Shown: piece after piece, positions 15,067-29,867 of the stretch
Layout of the letters: the number at the start of each line of letters is the position of its first letter
Position numbering within the stretch: position 1 is the stretch's first letter
Assembly (NCBI RefSeq): GCF_009914755.1
Contig: NC_060934.1
Strand: one strand, 5' to 3'
DNA: 64,000 nucleotides
Source: the human T2T-CHM13v2.0 reference genome, Homo sapiens
Translations under genes and position numbers: made by a program
Notes under the pieces: generated by a model
Told to the model about the DNA's origin: nothing
Databases searched by the model: none
What the model saw: only the letters and a program-made list of their open reading frames with translations

Positions 15067-16249
15067 TGAGTAGCTGGGATTACAGGCACGCACCACCACA
15101 CCTGGCTATTTTTGTATTCTTAGTAGAGATGAGGTTTCACCATGTTGGCCAGGCTGGTCTCGAACTCTTGACCTCATGATCTGCCTGCATCAGCCTTCCA
15201 AAGTGCTGGGATTACAGGCGTGAGCCACCGCTCCTGGCAGCATTGCTTCTTGAGCAGTCTCCACATAGCTATTTTGTTTGATTAGCTGAGAATTTCATGT
15301 GTAAAAAACTCATTCCACAGTATTCATTTAACAAATACTTATTGGGTGTCTGCTATGTGCCAGGAACTGCTCTAGGTACACGGAATAAACAAAACTAAAT
15401 CCCTCTACTTGGGAAGTTTACATTTTAGTGAAGAGACAGACGATAAACAAGTGAAACAGAAAAAAATCAGGTGGTGGTAAATCCTGTGAAGCAAAATTAA
15501 TCTGGGAATAGAGAGTGATGAAAGGGTTAATCTTTGTTTGTTTGTTTGTTTTGAGACAGAGGAGGAGTCCCACTAGCTCTGTCACCCAGGCTAAAGTGCA
15601 GTGGCCCGATCTCGGGCTCACTGCAACCTCTGCCTCCTGGGTTCAAGCGATTCTCCTGCCTCAGCCTCCTGAGTAGCTGGGATTATAGGCGCCTGCCACC
15701 ACACCCAGCTAATTTTTGTGTTTTTAGTAGAGATGGGGTTTCACCATGTTGGCCAGGCTGGTCTCAAACTCCTGACCTCAAGTGATCCTTCCCGCTTTGG
15801 CCCCCTAAAGTGCTGGGATTACAGGCATGAGCCACCACACCCGGTCGAAAGGGTTAATCTTAAACAGATGATCAGGGAAGGGGTCTCTGGGGAGAGAGCC
15901 TGTGAGGAGAAACACACTGACATTTGCCCACAGCATAATGAGTGGTTATGACTCATAGGCTTGTCTCTTGCATGCCTGCGCTTCTCCTCCTCCATTTGAG
16001 TTGTGTGCTTAGTGAGGGTCCATTGTGTTTTTTTCTAAACATCATGTGTCTGTGGGCTGGGCGCAGTGGCTCATGCCTGTAATCCTAACACTTTGGGAGG
16101 CCGAGGCAGGATTGCTTAAGCCCAGGGGTTCGAGACCAGCCTGGGCCACATAGTGATATCTTGTCTCTGTAAAAAAAGGAAAAAAAAAAAGAATGAAAAC
16201 AATTTTTTAAATGTGTGTATGGCACTTATGCTTACAGTTGCAACTACGT

Positions 16250-16600
16250 AATTTAATGAAATAATACGAAAAATGAAATATGAGTACCAAAAAAGAGGGT
16301 TGCTATTGCTATGAAAACTAAGTTGAAAATCAGAAACACTTGTTGAAGATGAGTAGCTAAGACAAATTGTTATTGAGTTAATTATGAACAAGTTAATGGT
16401 AAAAGCCTAGGAGAAAAATTTATAGAAATCTAAAAAGATTCTGTAGTGAAGATTGTTTTACAGGTGTATTCAAGATGTTCTTCCATTTTAAAGAAAGCAA
16501 AACTAGAAATCTCAGATGGTATGTTATGTGTCTGGTCTGTTTATGTAGGAAAGTGATGCAGAATGCCAATGAATATATCAAGGAAAAGCCTTGGCTTTAC
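16250..16600 (+). mobile_element. Possible ancient Tigger-type DNA transposon fragment
   Basis: AT-rich degenerate text resembling the N-terminal CENP-B/HTH region of a Tigger transposase; recognised by eye only. Confidence 0.35.
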
Positions 16601-18798
16601 ATTACAACAGCCCCTGCCTTCAAGGCAACCACAACTCCCATTGAGTCTGTTTTCTAAATGTCTCACAAATCCTTTGTTTCTTTTTTTCTTGGCTACTTCT
16701 GTGTTTCAGGCCATCCTCATTCCTTGCTTAGAGTACTGCTGTGTCATCCTAACCAATCTCTCTGCCTCATTCCCCACTCTAGTCCACCTGCTTACCACAT
16801 TTCTAAAACAGAAAAATGGATCATGCCATTTTTCTCTAGAATTACACACAAAGATGAATTCTAAACCCTAACTTTTAAGTCTCAGATTAGAAGTCACTTC
16901 TTTTAGGGACCTTTCCTGAACACCTACCCCTGTAATCAGTTAGACACTCCTGCCCCACTACATGCTCCCGGAGCAGCCAATGCTTCCCCATCAGCACTTA
17001 CCATAAGGTGATGTAAGTGCCTATGTTCCCTTTGTAACCCCTCCAGATTCTGAGCCCCGTTATCACTCTTAACCAGAGTAAGGGCATATGTTAAACACTC
17101 AACAAATGTTTATTAAATGAGTAAGTGAATGAAGTAGATTGTTGGAACCCTTTTTTTTCTGCCATCGGTTTGTAAGTCACCATCTCCCATCTATAGGAGT
17201 TTGAAGTTTACCCTTAAAAGTAGCCACAGGAGGAACAGGTACTCTCATAATTGTTGGTGGGAATGCAAAGTGGTACAGCCCTAAAGGAGAGGAATTTGGC
17301 AATATGTAGCAAAATTAAAACCCCACAGTCACAAATCACAGTCCTGTGAGTCCATCCCAAACATATGCTGGCAAAAAGATGCAAAGATAGGAGATATTTG
17401 TAACAGTAAAAGCTATGAGATAAGATCCAAGATTTGAGAATTTTTTGTACCACTACTTACCGTGGCAAAAGACTGGGAACAGCCTCCAAATCCGTCAGCA
17501 GAGAACTGACTGAATAATGTTATGGTCACCTGTAGAGTGTGGTACTCTGCAGTTGTAAAAGAGCAATGGATTCATTAGGAGATAGCAATTGAATAGGAGA
17601 TTCAATATGTATTGCTGCAGATAACCCTCAGGGATCTATTGCAAAGTGAAAACAGCAAGGTGTAGGCTGGGCACGGTGGCTCATGCTTATAATCCCAGCA
17701 CTTTGGGAGGCTGAGGCAGGCAAATCACTTGAGCCCAGGAGTTTGAAACCAGCTTGGGCAACATGGCAAAACCCCATCTCTACAAAAAAATACAAAAAAC
17801 TATCTGCGCATGGTGGCATGCACTTGTAGTCCCAGCTACTCTGGAGGCTAAGGTGGAAGGATCACCTGAGTCCGGGAGGTTGAGGCTTCAGTGAACAGTG
17901 ATGGTGCCACTGCGCTCCAGCCTGGGTGACAGAGTGAGACCATGTCTCAAAAAAAAAAAAATATATATATATATATAGAGAGAGAGCGAGCGAGAGAGAG
18001 AGAGAGAGAGAGCAAGGTGTAAACAAGTACACATAGTATGTTACATTTTAAGTAGGAAAGTGGTATGGAGGAAAATAAATACATGTGTCCATTGTTTAAA
18101 AAGGAACAATGGAAAGAAAACCACAAAGCTAATAAAAATAGTTATGCATGGGGCTGGGTGTAGGGGCTCATGCCTGTAATCCCAGTACTTTGGGAGGCTG
18201 AGGCGGGTGGATCACCTGAGGATGGGAGTTTGAGACCAGCCTGGCCAACACAGTGAAACCTCGTCTCTACTAAAAATATAAAAATTAGGTGAGCGTGGTG
18301 GCATGTACCTATAATCCCAGCTACTCAGGAGGCTGCTGCAGGAGAATCTCTTGAATCCAGGATGCGGAGGTTGCAGTGAGCCAAGATCGCATCACTGCAC
18401 TCCAGCCTGGGTGACAGAGTGATACCCTGTTTCAAAAAAATGAAAATTAAAAAATAAAAAAATAGTTTTGCATATGGGGGAGAGAACAGGGAAAGAAAGG
18501 GACAGAGATGGAAAATCCTATTTTATTGTTTTGACTTTAGACATCCAGAAGGGGTTACTAACTTTAAAACTTTAAATAAAGTTGCCCTGTGTTGGGGAAG
18601 AAATCTGGCAATCCTAGTTACTTTGAAGTCACGCTACCCTTTTCACTAGAGTCTCCCTGACCCAAGAGAACAGGGAAGGGCCGGTAGGATACACATAACA
18701 GTAGCTCCTTTTACTTGGCTGAATTTAGGTATGCCAGGAGCAGGGTGCAGTATTAGGCCAGAAATCTCTGTTGGTCTCTGCTTGCCTCTCAGTGCTAA

Positions 18799-19054
<256 letters not shown>

Positions 19055-19480
19055 TAACTGGGATTACAGGCACGTGCCACCACGCCTGGCTAATTTTTGT
19101 AATTTTGGTAGAGGGGTTTTGCCATGTTGGCCAGGCTGGTCTTGAACTCCTGATCTCAGGTGATTGCCTGCCTCGGCCTCCGAAAGTGCTGGGATTACAG
19201 GTGTGAGCCACCGCACCTGGCCATCTCCTTTCTTTTCTTTTTCCCAGCCCTGTCTGGTCATCTTTTATGGGGTGGTTCCCCATTTTAAGCCCTGAGCTTC
19301 TCCTCATGGCTTCCCCACACCCCCCACTGTTTCTCTTATTCCATTTTTTTTTTCTTTTTTTTTTTTTGAGACAGGGTCTTGCTTTGTCGCCCAGGCTGGA
19401 GTACAGTGGTGAGATCTTGGCTCACTGCAACTTTCGCCTCCTGGGTTCAAGCAATTCTCCCACCTCAGCCTCCCAAGTAG

Positions 19481-19702
<222 letters not shown>

Positions 19703-20115
19703 TAACTCTTGCATCTTTACTACTTTCAAACAACCCCAAATCTCAAATCTGCCTTTAAAGAATTACGAGTCATGTTCTCTCACTGGACTTGTGGAGCCAA
19801 AGTTTTTTTGCAGACTTCTCTTAGCACTTAATGAATACACTGTGCCAACAGCCCAGCAGTTAGGAAGCACTTGATTTCTCAGGCAGTGGCCTTTGAAACA
19901 GATGTCGGGTCCATGCCAGAACTGCCATAGTGCCAATGAAATGAATTTTCAACATGAACAAATAGAAAATTATCCTTCATTACATTTTGAGTGTTTGTGG
20001 TTGTATAGGGTGGAGGAGTGGGAGAGGAGAGAGGGTAGTAGTGTAACAGCTGCAGAGAGAAGATTACAGGAAGTTTGGGAATTTTGATTATTACCATTTT
20101 ATTTTTGTCTTCCAG

Positions 20116-20178
20116 CTGCTAGGTCAGGCAGCTCGAAACATGGTACTCCAGGAAGATGCCATCTTGCACTCAGAAGAT
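20116..20178 (+). CDS. BORCS7: BORCS7 exon 2
   Basis: ccag|CTG...GAT|gtaag, 63 nt, LLGQAARNMVLQEDAILHSED. Confidence 0.95.
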
Positions 20179-20281
20179 GTAAGAAACAACTTTTTTTTTT
20201 AATGATTTGGGTTTATGTATATGGTTTGTGTGGCCACAGGGAAGTGGAAATGTTCTATTTCTCTCTCTCTTTTTTATGCAG

Positions 20282-20325
20282 AGTTTAAGGAAGATGGCAA
20301 TAATAACAACACATCTTCAATACCA
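20282..20325 (+). CDS. BORCS7: BORCS7 exon 3
   Basis: gcag|AGT...TAC CA|gtgag, 44 nt, SLRKMAIITTHLQY plus phase 2. Confidence 0.95.
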
Positions 20326-20870
20326 GTGAGTATGCCCCCTCCAGCAACTATTTGCTGCAGAATCATTATCCCTGGTCTGCTTTCATGGACTTTGTGCTTC
20401 AGCACTTTCCTGTGGAGGCCAGAGTGGGAGTAAAGGTGGGGGTGGCCAAGGATGACTTTCTCGATGGCAAAGATGCCTGAGACTACAGAAGAAGTGGGGG
20501 TAAAGGATGAGAATCAGGAGCAGAGTCCACCCTTTATGAACCTCCCCATGTTAAATTGAGGGCTCCTCAGAGAGAGACTATAAACCCTGTAAAGGCAGGG
20601 CCCGTGCCAGGACCATGCTAGCACTGTACTTGGCACCTGTGAGGCCGTTGATCAGTATTTGATGACTGACTGTGCCCAAGGTCTCTTCTGGGAAGTTAAG
20701 TTGGGTCCTCTACTAGGGAATGAAGTATAACATACCTGTATCCTACATGGTACATAGGTAAGTGTGGCACCTGCTACATATAAATCATGTAGGGAATTTT
20801 GAAATATAAGACCCCCTCTTTCTCCATTATAATTTGCTCTTCATCTTATTTCATGTTGTTTTATATTTTA

Positions 20871-21167
<297 letters not shown>

Positions 21168-21943
21168 CTAGCCAGGGTGACAAAAGTGAAACTCTGCCTC
21201 CAGAAAAAAAAAAAAAGAGGCTGGGCACAGTGGCTCATGCCTGTAATTCCAGCACTTTGGGAGGCTGAGGCAGGTGGATCACCTGAGGTCAGGAGTTCTA
21301 GATTAGCCTGGCCAACACGGCAAAACCCCGTCTCTACTAAAAATACAAAAATTAGCCGGGTGTGGTGGCACACACCTGTAATCCCAGCTACTCGGGAGGC
21401 TGAGGCAGGAGAACTGCTTGAGCCCGGGAGACGGAAATGGCAGTGAGCTGAGATCGGGCACCACTCCACTCCATCCTGGCGACAGAGTGAGACTCTGTCT
21501 CAAAAAAAAAACAAAAAAACAAAAACAAAAGCAAACAAACAAAATATATATATATGGTTAGGAATTTCACTCTTCGATATTTAAATAGCTAATGTTTGTC
21601 ATAATCATTAGTCATTCTTTGGGTATCTACATATTAGGTATTAGGTATGTGACCATTTGATTCCATATACACAGACTAATTTTAAGCCATGCATGTAGTC
21701 TGTTGAACCACATTTCTCACTCTGGGAGAATGTTACTATCTGTTTGGGTTTAGATTCCATCTTTTCAGCAGCTCTGCACTCAGACAGGAATCCCTGTTCA
21801 ATAGCACAATCTTAGGATAGGATGGACAGAAATACAGGATGTGACATAAGCTGAAATTTCTTCTGCCTATATGTATTATCTGGTCATAAATGAAACTTAT
21901 TAGTTCACTTATGTGTATTTTCCTCTTTCCTTTTCTGATTTAG

Positions 21944-21964
21944 GCAAGAAGCTATTCAGAAGAA
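21944..21964 (+). CDS. BORCS7: BORCS7 exon 4 (21-nt microexon)
   Basis: ttag|G CAA GAA GCT ATT CAG AAG AA|gtaagt with a strong pyrimidine tract; phase 2/2; encodes (Q)QEAIQK(N). Confidence 0.92.
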
Positions 21965-22656
21965 GTAAGTAACCCCAAAGGTAGAGGAGTAGGGAACCAA
22001 CTGAAGCAGGCTGGGGGGATTTATACTGCTGGGTCCAGAATCAATACAAAACCCTGGTTGACACCTGCCCTCAAATTGAAATATGCTCTGGGATACTCAC
22101 TTGGGATTTAAAGATACAGCATATTTCAAAGGTGTGCAGTAACTCAACTCACTGCTATTAATAGTAAAACTTTCTAAAAGTTATGGGGTATAGAGACCAA
22201 CCTTAAGGAGTAGAAAACCTTTTACATTGGTAATATTCATTAAGCAGAGTAAATGTGCAAAAACCATTAAACAGCCTTGTTTTCTAAAATGGATTAAATT
22301 TGTCCCTTGCAACATTGTTTACATTACTAATTGGCTTTGCAAACCTTTCTTCAGAGTTTAAACACTTCTGGGACACAACTGGACCAATATAAATTTTGAT
22401 TTACATGCAACAGTATTTATGCATTAAAGTACAGATAGCTTGTACAGGACAGGTGTAGTGGCTGGCTCATGCCTGTAATTGCAGGACTTTGGAAGGCTGA
22501 GGCTGGAGGATTGCTTGAGCCCAGAGTTTGAGATTGCCTTGTGCAGCATAGTGAGACCCTGTCTGTAATGGAAAAAAAAAATTTGTAAATAGTTGTACAA
22601 AGATGTCTTTATTATTGCTCATTTCAGATAAACCCTGTCTCTATTCTAATTCCTAG

Positions 22657-22708
22657 TGTTGAACAGTCATCGGATCTACAGGACCAGTTGAATCATCTGT
22701 TGAAATAG
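22657..22708 (+). CDS. BORCS7: BORCS7 exon 5 coding part, stop TAG 22706-22708
   Basis: ctag|T GTT GAA CAG...TTG AAA TAG. Joined CDS is 321 nt = 106 aa ending VEQSSDLQDQLNHLLK. Confidence 0.95.
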
Positions 22709-22856
22709 AATGACATGTAAGAGTGCTGTAGGACTCCTTTGCCTAATGCTGAGGAGTAAATACCTTACACAGCTGTCCTCTGGGTTTGGTTTTCTATTTT
22801 CTTCTCCAAAAGTTAAGTTAGAAAAGTTCTGTGTTAGGGCCGGGCGCGGTAGCTCA

Positions 22857-23235
<379 letters not shown>

Positions 23236-24551
23236 TTATTGAATTTTTTCATCTGCTCTGTTTAGTTTGATATTAAAGCAAAATTAAGAGGTCTTAGTTT
23301 TTCCTATAGAACTTTTAATATGTCAAAAGCTATATTGTCTAAATTTCAGTACTTAAGCAAATACTGAGTAGTGTTTTAAATTCAGAAATAGAGCTTCTAT
23401 TATGAACACATGAGAATGATTTTTTTCTCTTAATCATTATTAAGGAAATATTTTAATTTCATGGTCATATAATGGTGATAAGTAATACCTGATTGTTTCC
23501 TTTTCTGTTCTAGTAACTCAGAGGAGATACGTGTTTTATTTGTGATAGCAAATTCCTAAATGAACATTAGGCAAGTGGTATCATTATCAGGCCAGCTGCA
23601 GCCTCTTGCCTTGACCTGCATTCCTAGAATTTCTTTGTTGCTGTAATTCTTGATTAAGTGACCTTGACTTTCATTTTGTAATTTTGCTAATCATCAGCAA
23701 ATTCACTTGCATGACGTTACTGCCAAATATGAAGGCAGTTGAATTATTATGAGTGATTGTGGCAGAGGTTTGTGCCATGGTGAAAACTTTGATGTTTGTC
23801 TGTGTTCATTGGATCCATCTTTTTAAATGACATTACCATGAGTCTGTTGTCAAACCTAAATATCTTTGTTTGAATTTAAAATGGGACTCTATATTGTTGT
23901 AGTTCAGGTCTTCATTGACTAAGAGATTGAGAGAAATCTGACATAAGAAAATATTGTTTTCACTGCAGGAATAAAGAGGAAGTAACAGTGAATCCAATAT
24001 AGTTCATATTGTTATTGTCCAATCATCAAGTTAACTAAGCATTATCAGATTACGTTTATTTCTCATACATATGGATATTAACTTAAGGTAAAAAAGCTGG
24101 ATGTGAAGGATCTGAAAAGGCATTAATTTATGTACTAATTCTATAAACATGTATTAATAATTGCAGTATTATTAAATACAGATGGACTCAATGTACCTTT
24201 GAAAAGACCACTAATTTAGAAAACAAAGCTAAGTGCAGTCATTACAAGAAGCAAAGAAATACTTAAGTTAGAAAAAAATTAAAATGAAGGGATGGTCTAA
24301 GTTTTCTTCATGCTGGAACAAATGTTAAAGAAGCAGTGATTGCTTACAATGTATGTGATAAAATAATACCTTTCACAATCAAAATTTTAATAGTAAATAT
24401 AAGATAAAATTTATATTAAATAATGAAAACGTATTTGTACTGAATTTAGTCACTAGAGAACATCGTAACAAAATACATGAAACAAAAGTAGCCAGAAATG
24501 TTAGAACAGGTGGAAATGTATACATTATTTGATGGTTTGTTTTTTTATGGA

Positions 24552-24557
24552 AATAAA
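24552..24557 (+). terminator. BORCS7: Candidate BORCS7 polyadenylation signal AATAAA
   Basis: AATAAA near the end of a long AT-rich, largely unique 3'UTR-like stretch (22709 to ~24750). Confidence 0.45.
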
Positions 24558-25317
24558 CAACATACATAGAATTAAATGGTGATCAAAAACATGGAAAAAA
24601 TACTTCACTAAATAACGTCTAAGTTGTAGAGGTTGTGCCGGAAGATAATATTTTTAAAATAACAAATGTTCAAATGCCATAAAAGAAAATTTGTGTGATA
24701 ATACCAAAGCAGTACTATAAGAAAATAAGCATGCTTTAAATCCCTGTATTAGGGATAGAGTGGAAATATTTTTGTTTTTTTTAAGGGGTATATAGTTAGA
24801 ATTTAGAAAGAATGGAAATGGAAATAATAAAACTAAACAAATTAGAAAAAAATAACAAATTAGAAAAAATAAAAAGTATTAAGTAGTTCTTGTAGATTAA
24901 ATGGGTAAAGTGTCAGCTCAGCCAGAAAAGTACAAATTAGTAAATTCGTAATTGAATAGGCAATACATAAAATCAATGAGATTTGAAAAGAGTTATCAGT
25001 TTGCTGCAAAAAATGTGATTAATATATGCCCAGCTCCTTATAAAGATAAAAAATTATGAAACTGACACTTTTAACAGAGAATATTCCAGATTGGTTATGA
25101 GAAATAACCCACAAACTAAGAATAACCAATTAAAATGGCATTTGCTTGTGAAAGCTTTCATGAGACTTTTCCAAACTGTCAAAGAACATATACTCCTGGC
25201 CGGGTGTGGTGGCTCACGCCTGTAATCCCACCACTTTGGGAGGCCGAGGCAGGCGGATCACAGAGTCAGGAGTTCGAGACCAGCCTGGCCAACATGGTGA
25301 AACCCCGTCTCTACTTA

Positions 25318-25536
<219 letters not shown>

Positions 25537-27125
25537 TCATAAGACACTAATTCATTTAATGAAGTAAACAGGATTTTCATTTTAAAAATAAAATTATGTA
25601 AGAAAGATGATGCAAGAGGATGTAAGATAATGTAGGTGATTTTTTTATGAGTATAGATGCAAAAATCCGAATAAAATCTTAGAAAACTGAATAGAGAAAT
25701 ATTTTGAATAATTGTTCATGTAACTCCAGAATTTCAAAGTTGATGTAATAGTTACAAAACACATTACATTAATAAGAAATAATAAAATCTTTTGTCACTA
25801 TAATATATACCAAAAAGGCATTTAAAATACACTTTCTATTTCAAAAAAACTAAAAGAATTTTTTAAAAGGGTATGTTTTAAAACCCAACATAATATTTGA
25901 TGAAGAAGAGTCGTATAAAACCCCAGAATATTAGAGCTGTATGGGGCCTTAAAAGTTATTAAATTCTGGCCCCATGTTTTACAGATGAAAAAAACACAGC
26001 CAGGAAGATGAAATGACTTACCCAAGGTCACTGAGCTTGATGGTAGGTCTTTTGACTACTAGTCTGGCTCTATTACCTGTTAGTTTCCTTATGCATAGAA
26101 ACAAGGGTGCCACCTTCATTACTAGTCTTCAACATAATACTAAAGAGCTCTTAGAAAAGGAAAGGATCTTGAAGTAGCTGAATCCAATCCATTTGCCCCT
26201 GCTTCTGCATCTCAGGTGAGCCATCATCCAGTCATTCATCTGCTTCTGCTTCCGATATTTGGGGAATCCTTTACTTAGGAGTGCTGATCCTTTTGGAAAT
26301 CTCCACTTCTTGAAAGATGGTTCTGTGTAATTAACCAAAATCTGCCTTTCTGGATAATCCTGGAATTGTCACTCCAGTAGCTTCCAAGATAGAATGTGTG
26401 ACGGTGTGCACAGGCCTCTGTTAAAGGGTAGGGGAGAAAATTTCTATGTATGTTAGTTTTTTATCTTAAAAAAATTAGCTTTTGTGAGGCTGGGCGTGGT
26501 GGCTCACGCCTGTAATCCCAGCACTTTGGGAGGCCGAGGCGGGCAGATCACGAGGTCTGGAGATTGAGACCGTCCTGGCTAACACAGTGAAACCCCGTCT
26601 CTACTAAAAATACAAAAAATTAGCTGGGCGTGGTGGCGGGCGCCTGTAGTCCCAGCTATTCGGGAGGTGAGGCAGTAGAATGGCATGAACCCGGGAGGCG
26701 GAGCTTGCAGTGAGCTGAGATCCTGCCACTGCACTCCAGCCTGGGTGACAGAGCGAGACTCTGTCTCAAAAAAATAAAAAAGCTTTTGCCAATATTTAAA
26801 ATATGACTTGATGTGAGAGTCTTAATTTCTTCTACGCAGTATACAGATATATAGCATTCCTGTCATTTAGCAGGGGTGATAGTAAAACAAAAAAACAAAA
26901 AACCCCACAAAACCTGTGGTGAGGCACTGACCAATCAGAATGATTGATGGTCACAGTCTGGTCCAAAATTAGCCCCCACACCAGACACCATGGAGGAAAA
27001 GTGAGAGTAACTCAATTTAAGTTGACAGTGGTTTGTTTTATTGCAGTTTATCTGTGTGTGAATAGGTAGATTTAAGGATTGTTGGCCAGGTGTGGTGGCT
27101 CACACCTGGAATCCCAGCACTTTTA

Positions 27126-27362
<237 letters not shown>

Positions 27363-28204
27363 TCAAAAAAAAAAAAAAAAAAAAAGGATTGTCAAATGAT
27401 TCTTGTAAGTAAACCATAAATTAAAGATAACAAAACAAGCACAAGAGAAAAATGATACAGCCCTTTCCTTGACCTCTCACTAATCTGCCCTTTTAAGATA
27501 AAGATATCATTTTAACTATGAGAAGGTAACTGCTTTTCTAAAGGAGCTCATTTTATGAAGATAATATTTTGAAAACTAATATTTAGGAGTGTTTTCACCA
27601 TTCTATGATTGCCCAAAAACTAAGTGATACTTATAAAAACACTAAGTTTTATACATATACTAGTTGGAAATATTCCAAGCTGTAGAAATATTCCAACAAG
27701 GATTATTTCCATGGGGTTAATTTGTTAAAAATATAAAAGACACCACCTTTCTATTAATTTGTAACAACTAATTGACATCAGAGAAGATGAAAATTTACTA
27801 GCTGGATATCAACCAGATTTTTGTATTATTGGCAACTGAGATTGAAAAATGAATGAAAGAGTCTACTTCATCCATTTAGATATCCTTTCACTTGGATCTC
27901 CCTGTTTCCTTACTGTCCTAATGAATAGAAATGATCGTTACAAGCTGGGCATGGTGGCTTGCACCTGTAGTCCCAGCTACTGGGGAGGCTGAGGAGGGAG
28001 GATGGCTTGAGGCCAGAGTTGAAGGATCCAGAGATGATTGCGCAGTGACGCTAAGCTTGGGCCACAGAGTTGAGACCCTGTCTCTAAAAATTTTTTTTTA
28101 ATTTAAATTATAAAAAGAGAAATGCTTGTTACAACCACAAAGGGAAACAAGATATACACATATAATTGTGGAAGTAAAAATAAATAATTTAAAAATACTT
28201 TTGG

Positions 28205-28301
28205 GTGCTCGCTTCGGCAGCACATATAGTTGGAATGATAGAGAAGATTTGCATGGCCCCTGCGCAAGATGACATACAAATTCGTGAAGTGTTCCATATT
28301 T
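28205..28301 (+). pseudogene. RNU6: U6 snRNA retropseudogene
   Basis: GTGCTCGCTTCGGCAGCACATATA...GAGAAGATT.GCATGGCCCCTGCGCAAG...TTCGTGAAG.GTTCCATATTT with small deletions including in the ACAGAGA box; A-tail; TSD AAAAATACTTTTGG at 28191 and 28311. Confidence 0.95.
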
Positions 28302-29281
28302 AAAAAAACAAAAAATACTTTTGGGCCTGGCACTGTGGCTCATGCCTGTAATCCAAACACTTTGGGAGGCTGAGGCGGGCGGATTGCTTGAACCCAGGAG
28401 TTGGAGACCAGCCTGGACAACATGGTGAAATCCCGTCTCTATAAAAAAATACAAAAATTAACCAGGTGTGGTGGTGCACGCCTGTAATCCAAGGTACTTG
28501 GGAGGCTGAGGCGGGAGGATCGCTTGAGCCAGGAGGTTGGGCCTGGGTAACAGAGACCGTCTCAAAAAAATTTAAAAATTAAAAAAAAAACTTTCTGCAA
28601 GATGAAGTGACAATACCTGGAAAATACATGTGACTTGACCAAAAATTACTATAGGTGAAAATAAATTTAGCAAAGTTGCTTTCCTAAATACAACCCAAAA
28701 TAGACTGGGAACAGCTACATACTGTTAATGGTTCCCTCTATGTGACATTCTAGAAAAGGCAGAACTATAGGGAGGGAAAACATCTGTGGTTGCCCAGGAG
28801 CTAGGGGTGGGAAGAGGGAATTTACTACAAAGAGGCACGAAGAAACTTGTGGGCCAGAGCTATTTTGGTCTCCGTTTTGGTGATGTATATACGTTTGCCA
28901 GAGTTCACAGAACTGCACACTGAAGAAAGATGGATTTCACGGAATGTGAATTATATCTCAACAAACTTGACTTCAAAAAACAGATCGAGAAAAGATGATT
29001 CTATTCCCAAAAAGGGGGAGGGGGGAAGATCATTATATAGGTGAGTGTTCATTTAAATCAGAGTACGAGATTTATCCGTGAAAATCGCAGTGGAGCGAAC
29101 AAGGGGGATGCTGATACCGACCTCCTGGTTGGAAAGCCTGTAGAGCAGCGCGGATGACAGTGGAACAGCGGGTCAGGCGGTGGGCGCCTGAGCGAGGGGC
29201 TAGAGCGGGATGGGCGGGCGGAGCAAGCCTGCCAGCCTGGGCGGGGCCTCGGCACAGGAGCTGGCTGCGGGAGCCCGCCGT

Positions 29282-29389
29282 CCTGAGTCGCAGGCCGAGG
29301 AGACAGTGAGTGCGCGCCCTGAGTCGCAGGCCGAGGAGACAGTGAGTGCGCGCCCTGAGTCGCAGGCCGAGGAGACAGTGAGTGCGCGC
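29282..29389 (+). repeat. AS3MT: 36-bp VNTR, 3 perfect copies (AS3MT exon 1 / intron 1 VNTR)
   Basis: CCTGAGTCGCAGGCCGAGGAGACAGTGAGTGCGCGC at 29282, 29318 and 29354. Confidence 0.98.
29305..29305 (+). CDS. AS3MT: AS3MT exon 1 coding nucleotide (A of the split ATG); equivalent donors at 29341 and 29377
   Basis: GAGACA|gtgagt donor; exon 2 begins TG GCT, so splicing assembles ATG GCT GCA CTT (MAAL...). Confidence 0.8.
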
Positions 29390-29588
29390 CCTGGGCGCCC
29401 CGCCCCAGCCCCCAGCCCCTTCCCTGGGCCCCCGCAAGGCGGGAACGCGAGCGCCTCCCCCGAGCTGTGTCTCGAGACCTTTGTCCTCCCCTCACCCCTC
29501 GGCCCGCTGCCTGCCCTTTACTGGCCCCCTCCCTCATGCCCGTCCCTCAGCACCCTCTCCTTTCAACTAACTTTCCCGCTCCCGACAG

Positions 29589-29629
29589 TGGCTGCACTTC
29601 GTGACGCTGAGATACAGAAGGACGTGCAG
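29589..29629 (+). CDS. AS3MT: AS3MT (arsenite methyltransferase) exon 2
   Basis: acag|TG GCT...GTG CAG|gtgag; (M)AALRDAEIQKDVQ. Confidence 0.95.
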
Positions 29630-29867
29630 GTGAGAGCTGTAGGGCCTGGAATGGCCCAAGTGGAGCCTAGGCTAATGGAAGTCTGGCCTGGCCCGCACCC
29701 TGTCCCCCGGGACTCCTGGAGTCGGGGTAGGGCAGGGTCTAGGCTTCGACCTTTCCAGGGAACTGAGGTCGGCCAAGTGGAGGTGGAGGTGGTGACGGAG
29801 CCCTCGCGCTGCAGTCACAGCTCTTCTCCCTCTCTACCCCTCACTCCACTGTGGGACGCTGGGTCAG

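Larger units (their letters stand above)
29150..29650 (+). promoter_or_regulatory. AS3MT: AS3MT CpG island promoter with GC boxes, exon 1 and intron 1
   Basis: High CpG density; GGGCGG boxes at about 29212 and 29239; immediately upstream of coding exon 2. Confidence 0.8.

Noticed and set aside
28205-28301. Functional U6 snRNA gene
   Set aside because: Deletions affect the ACAGAGA box, the A-tail and TSD show retroposition, and no upstream PSE/TATA promoter is recognisable.
29282-29389. 36-bp repeats as a CRISPR-like array
   Set aside because: The units are contiguous with no spacers and lie in a human gene; this is a VNTR.
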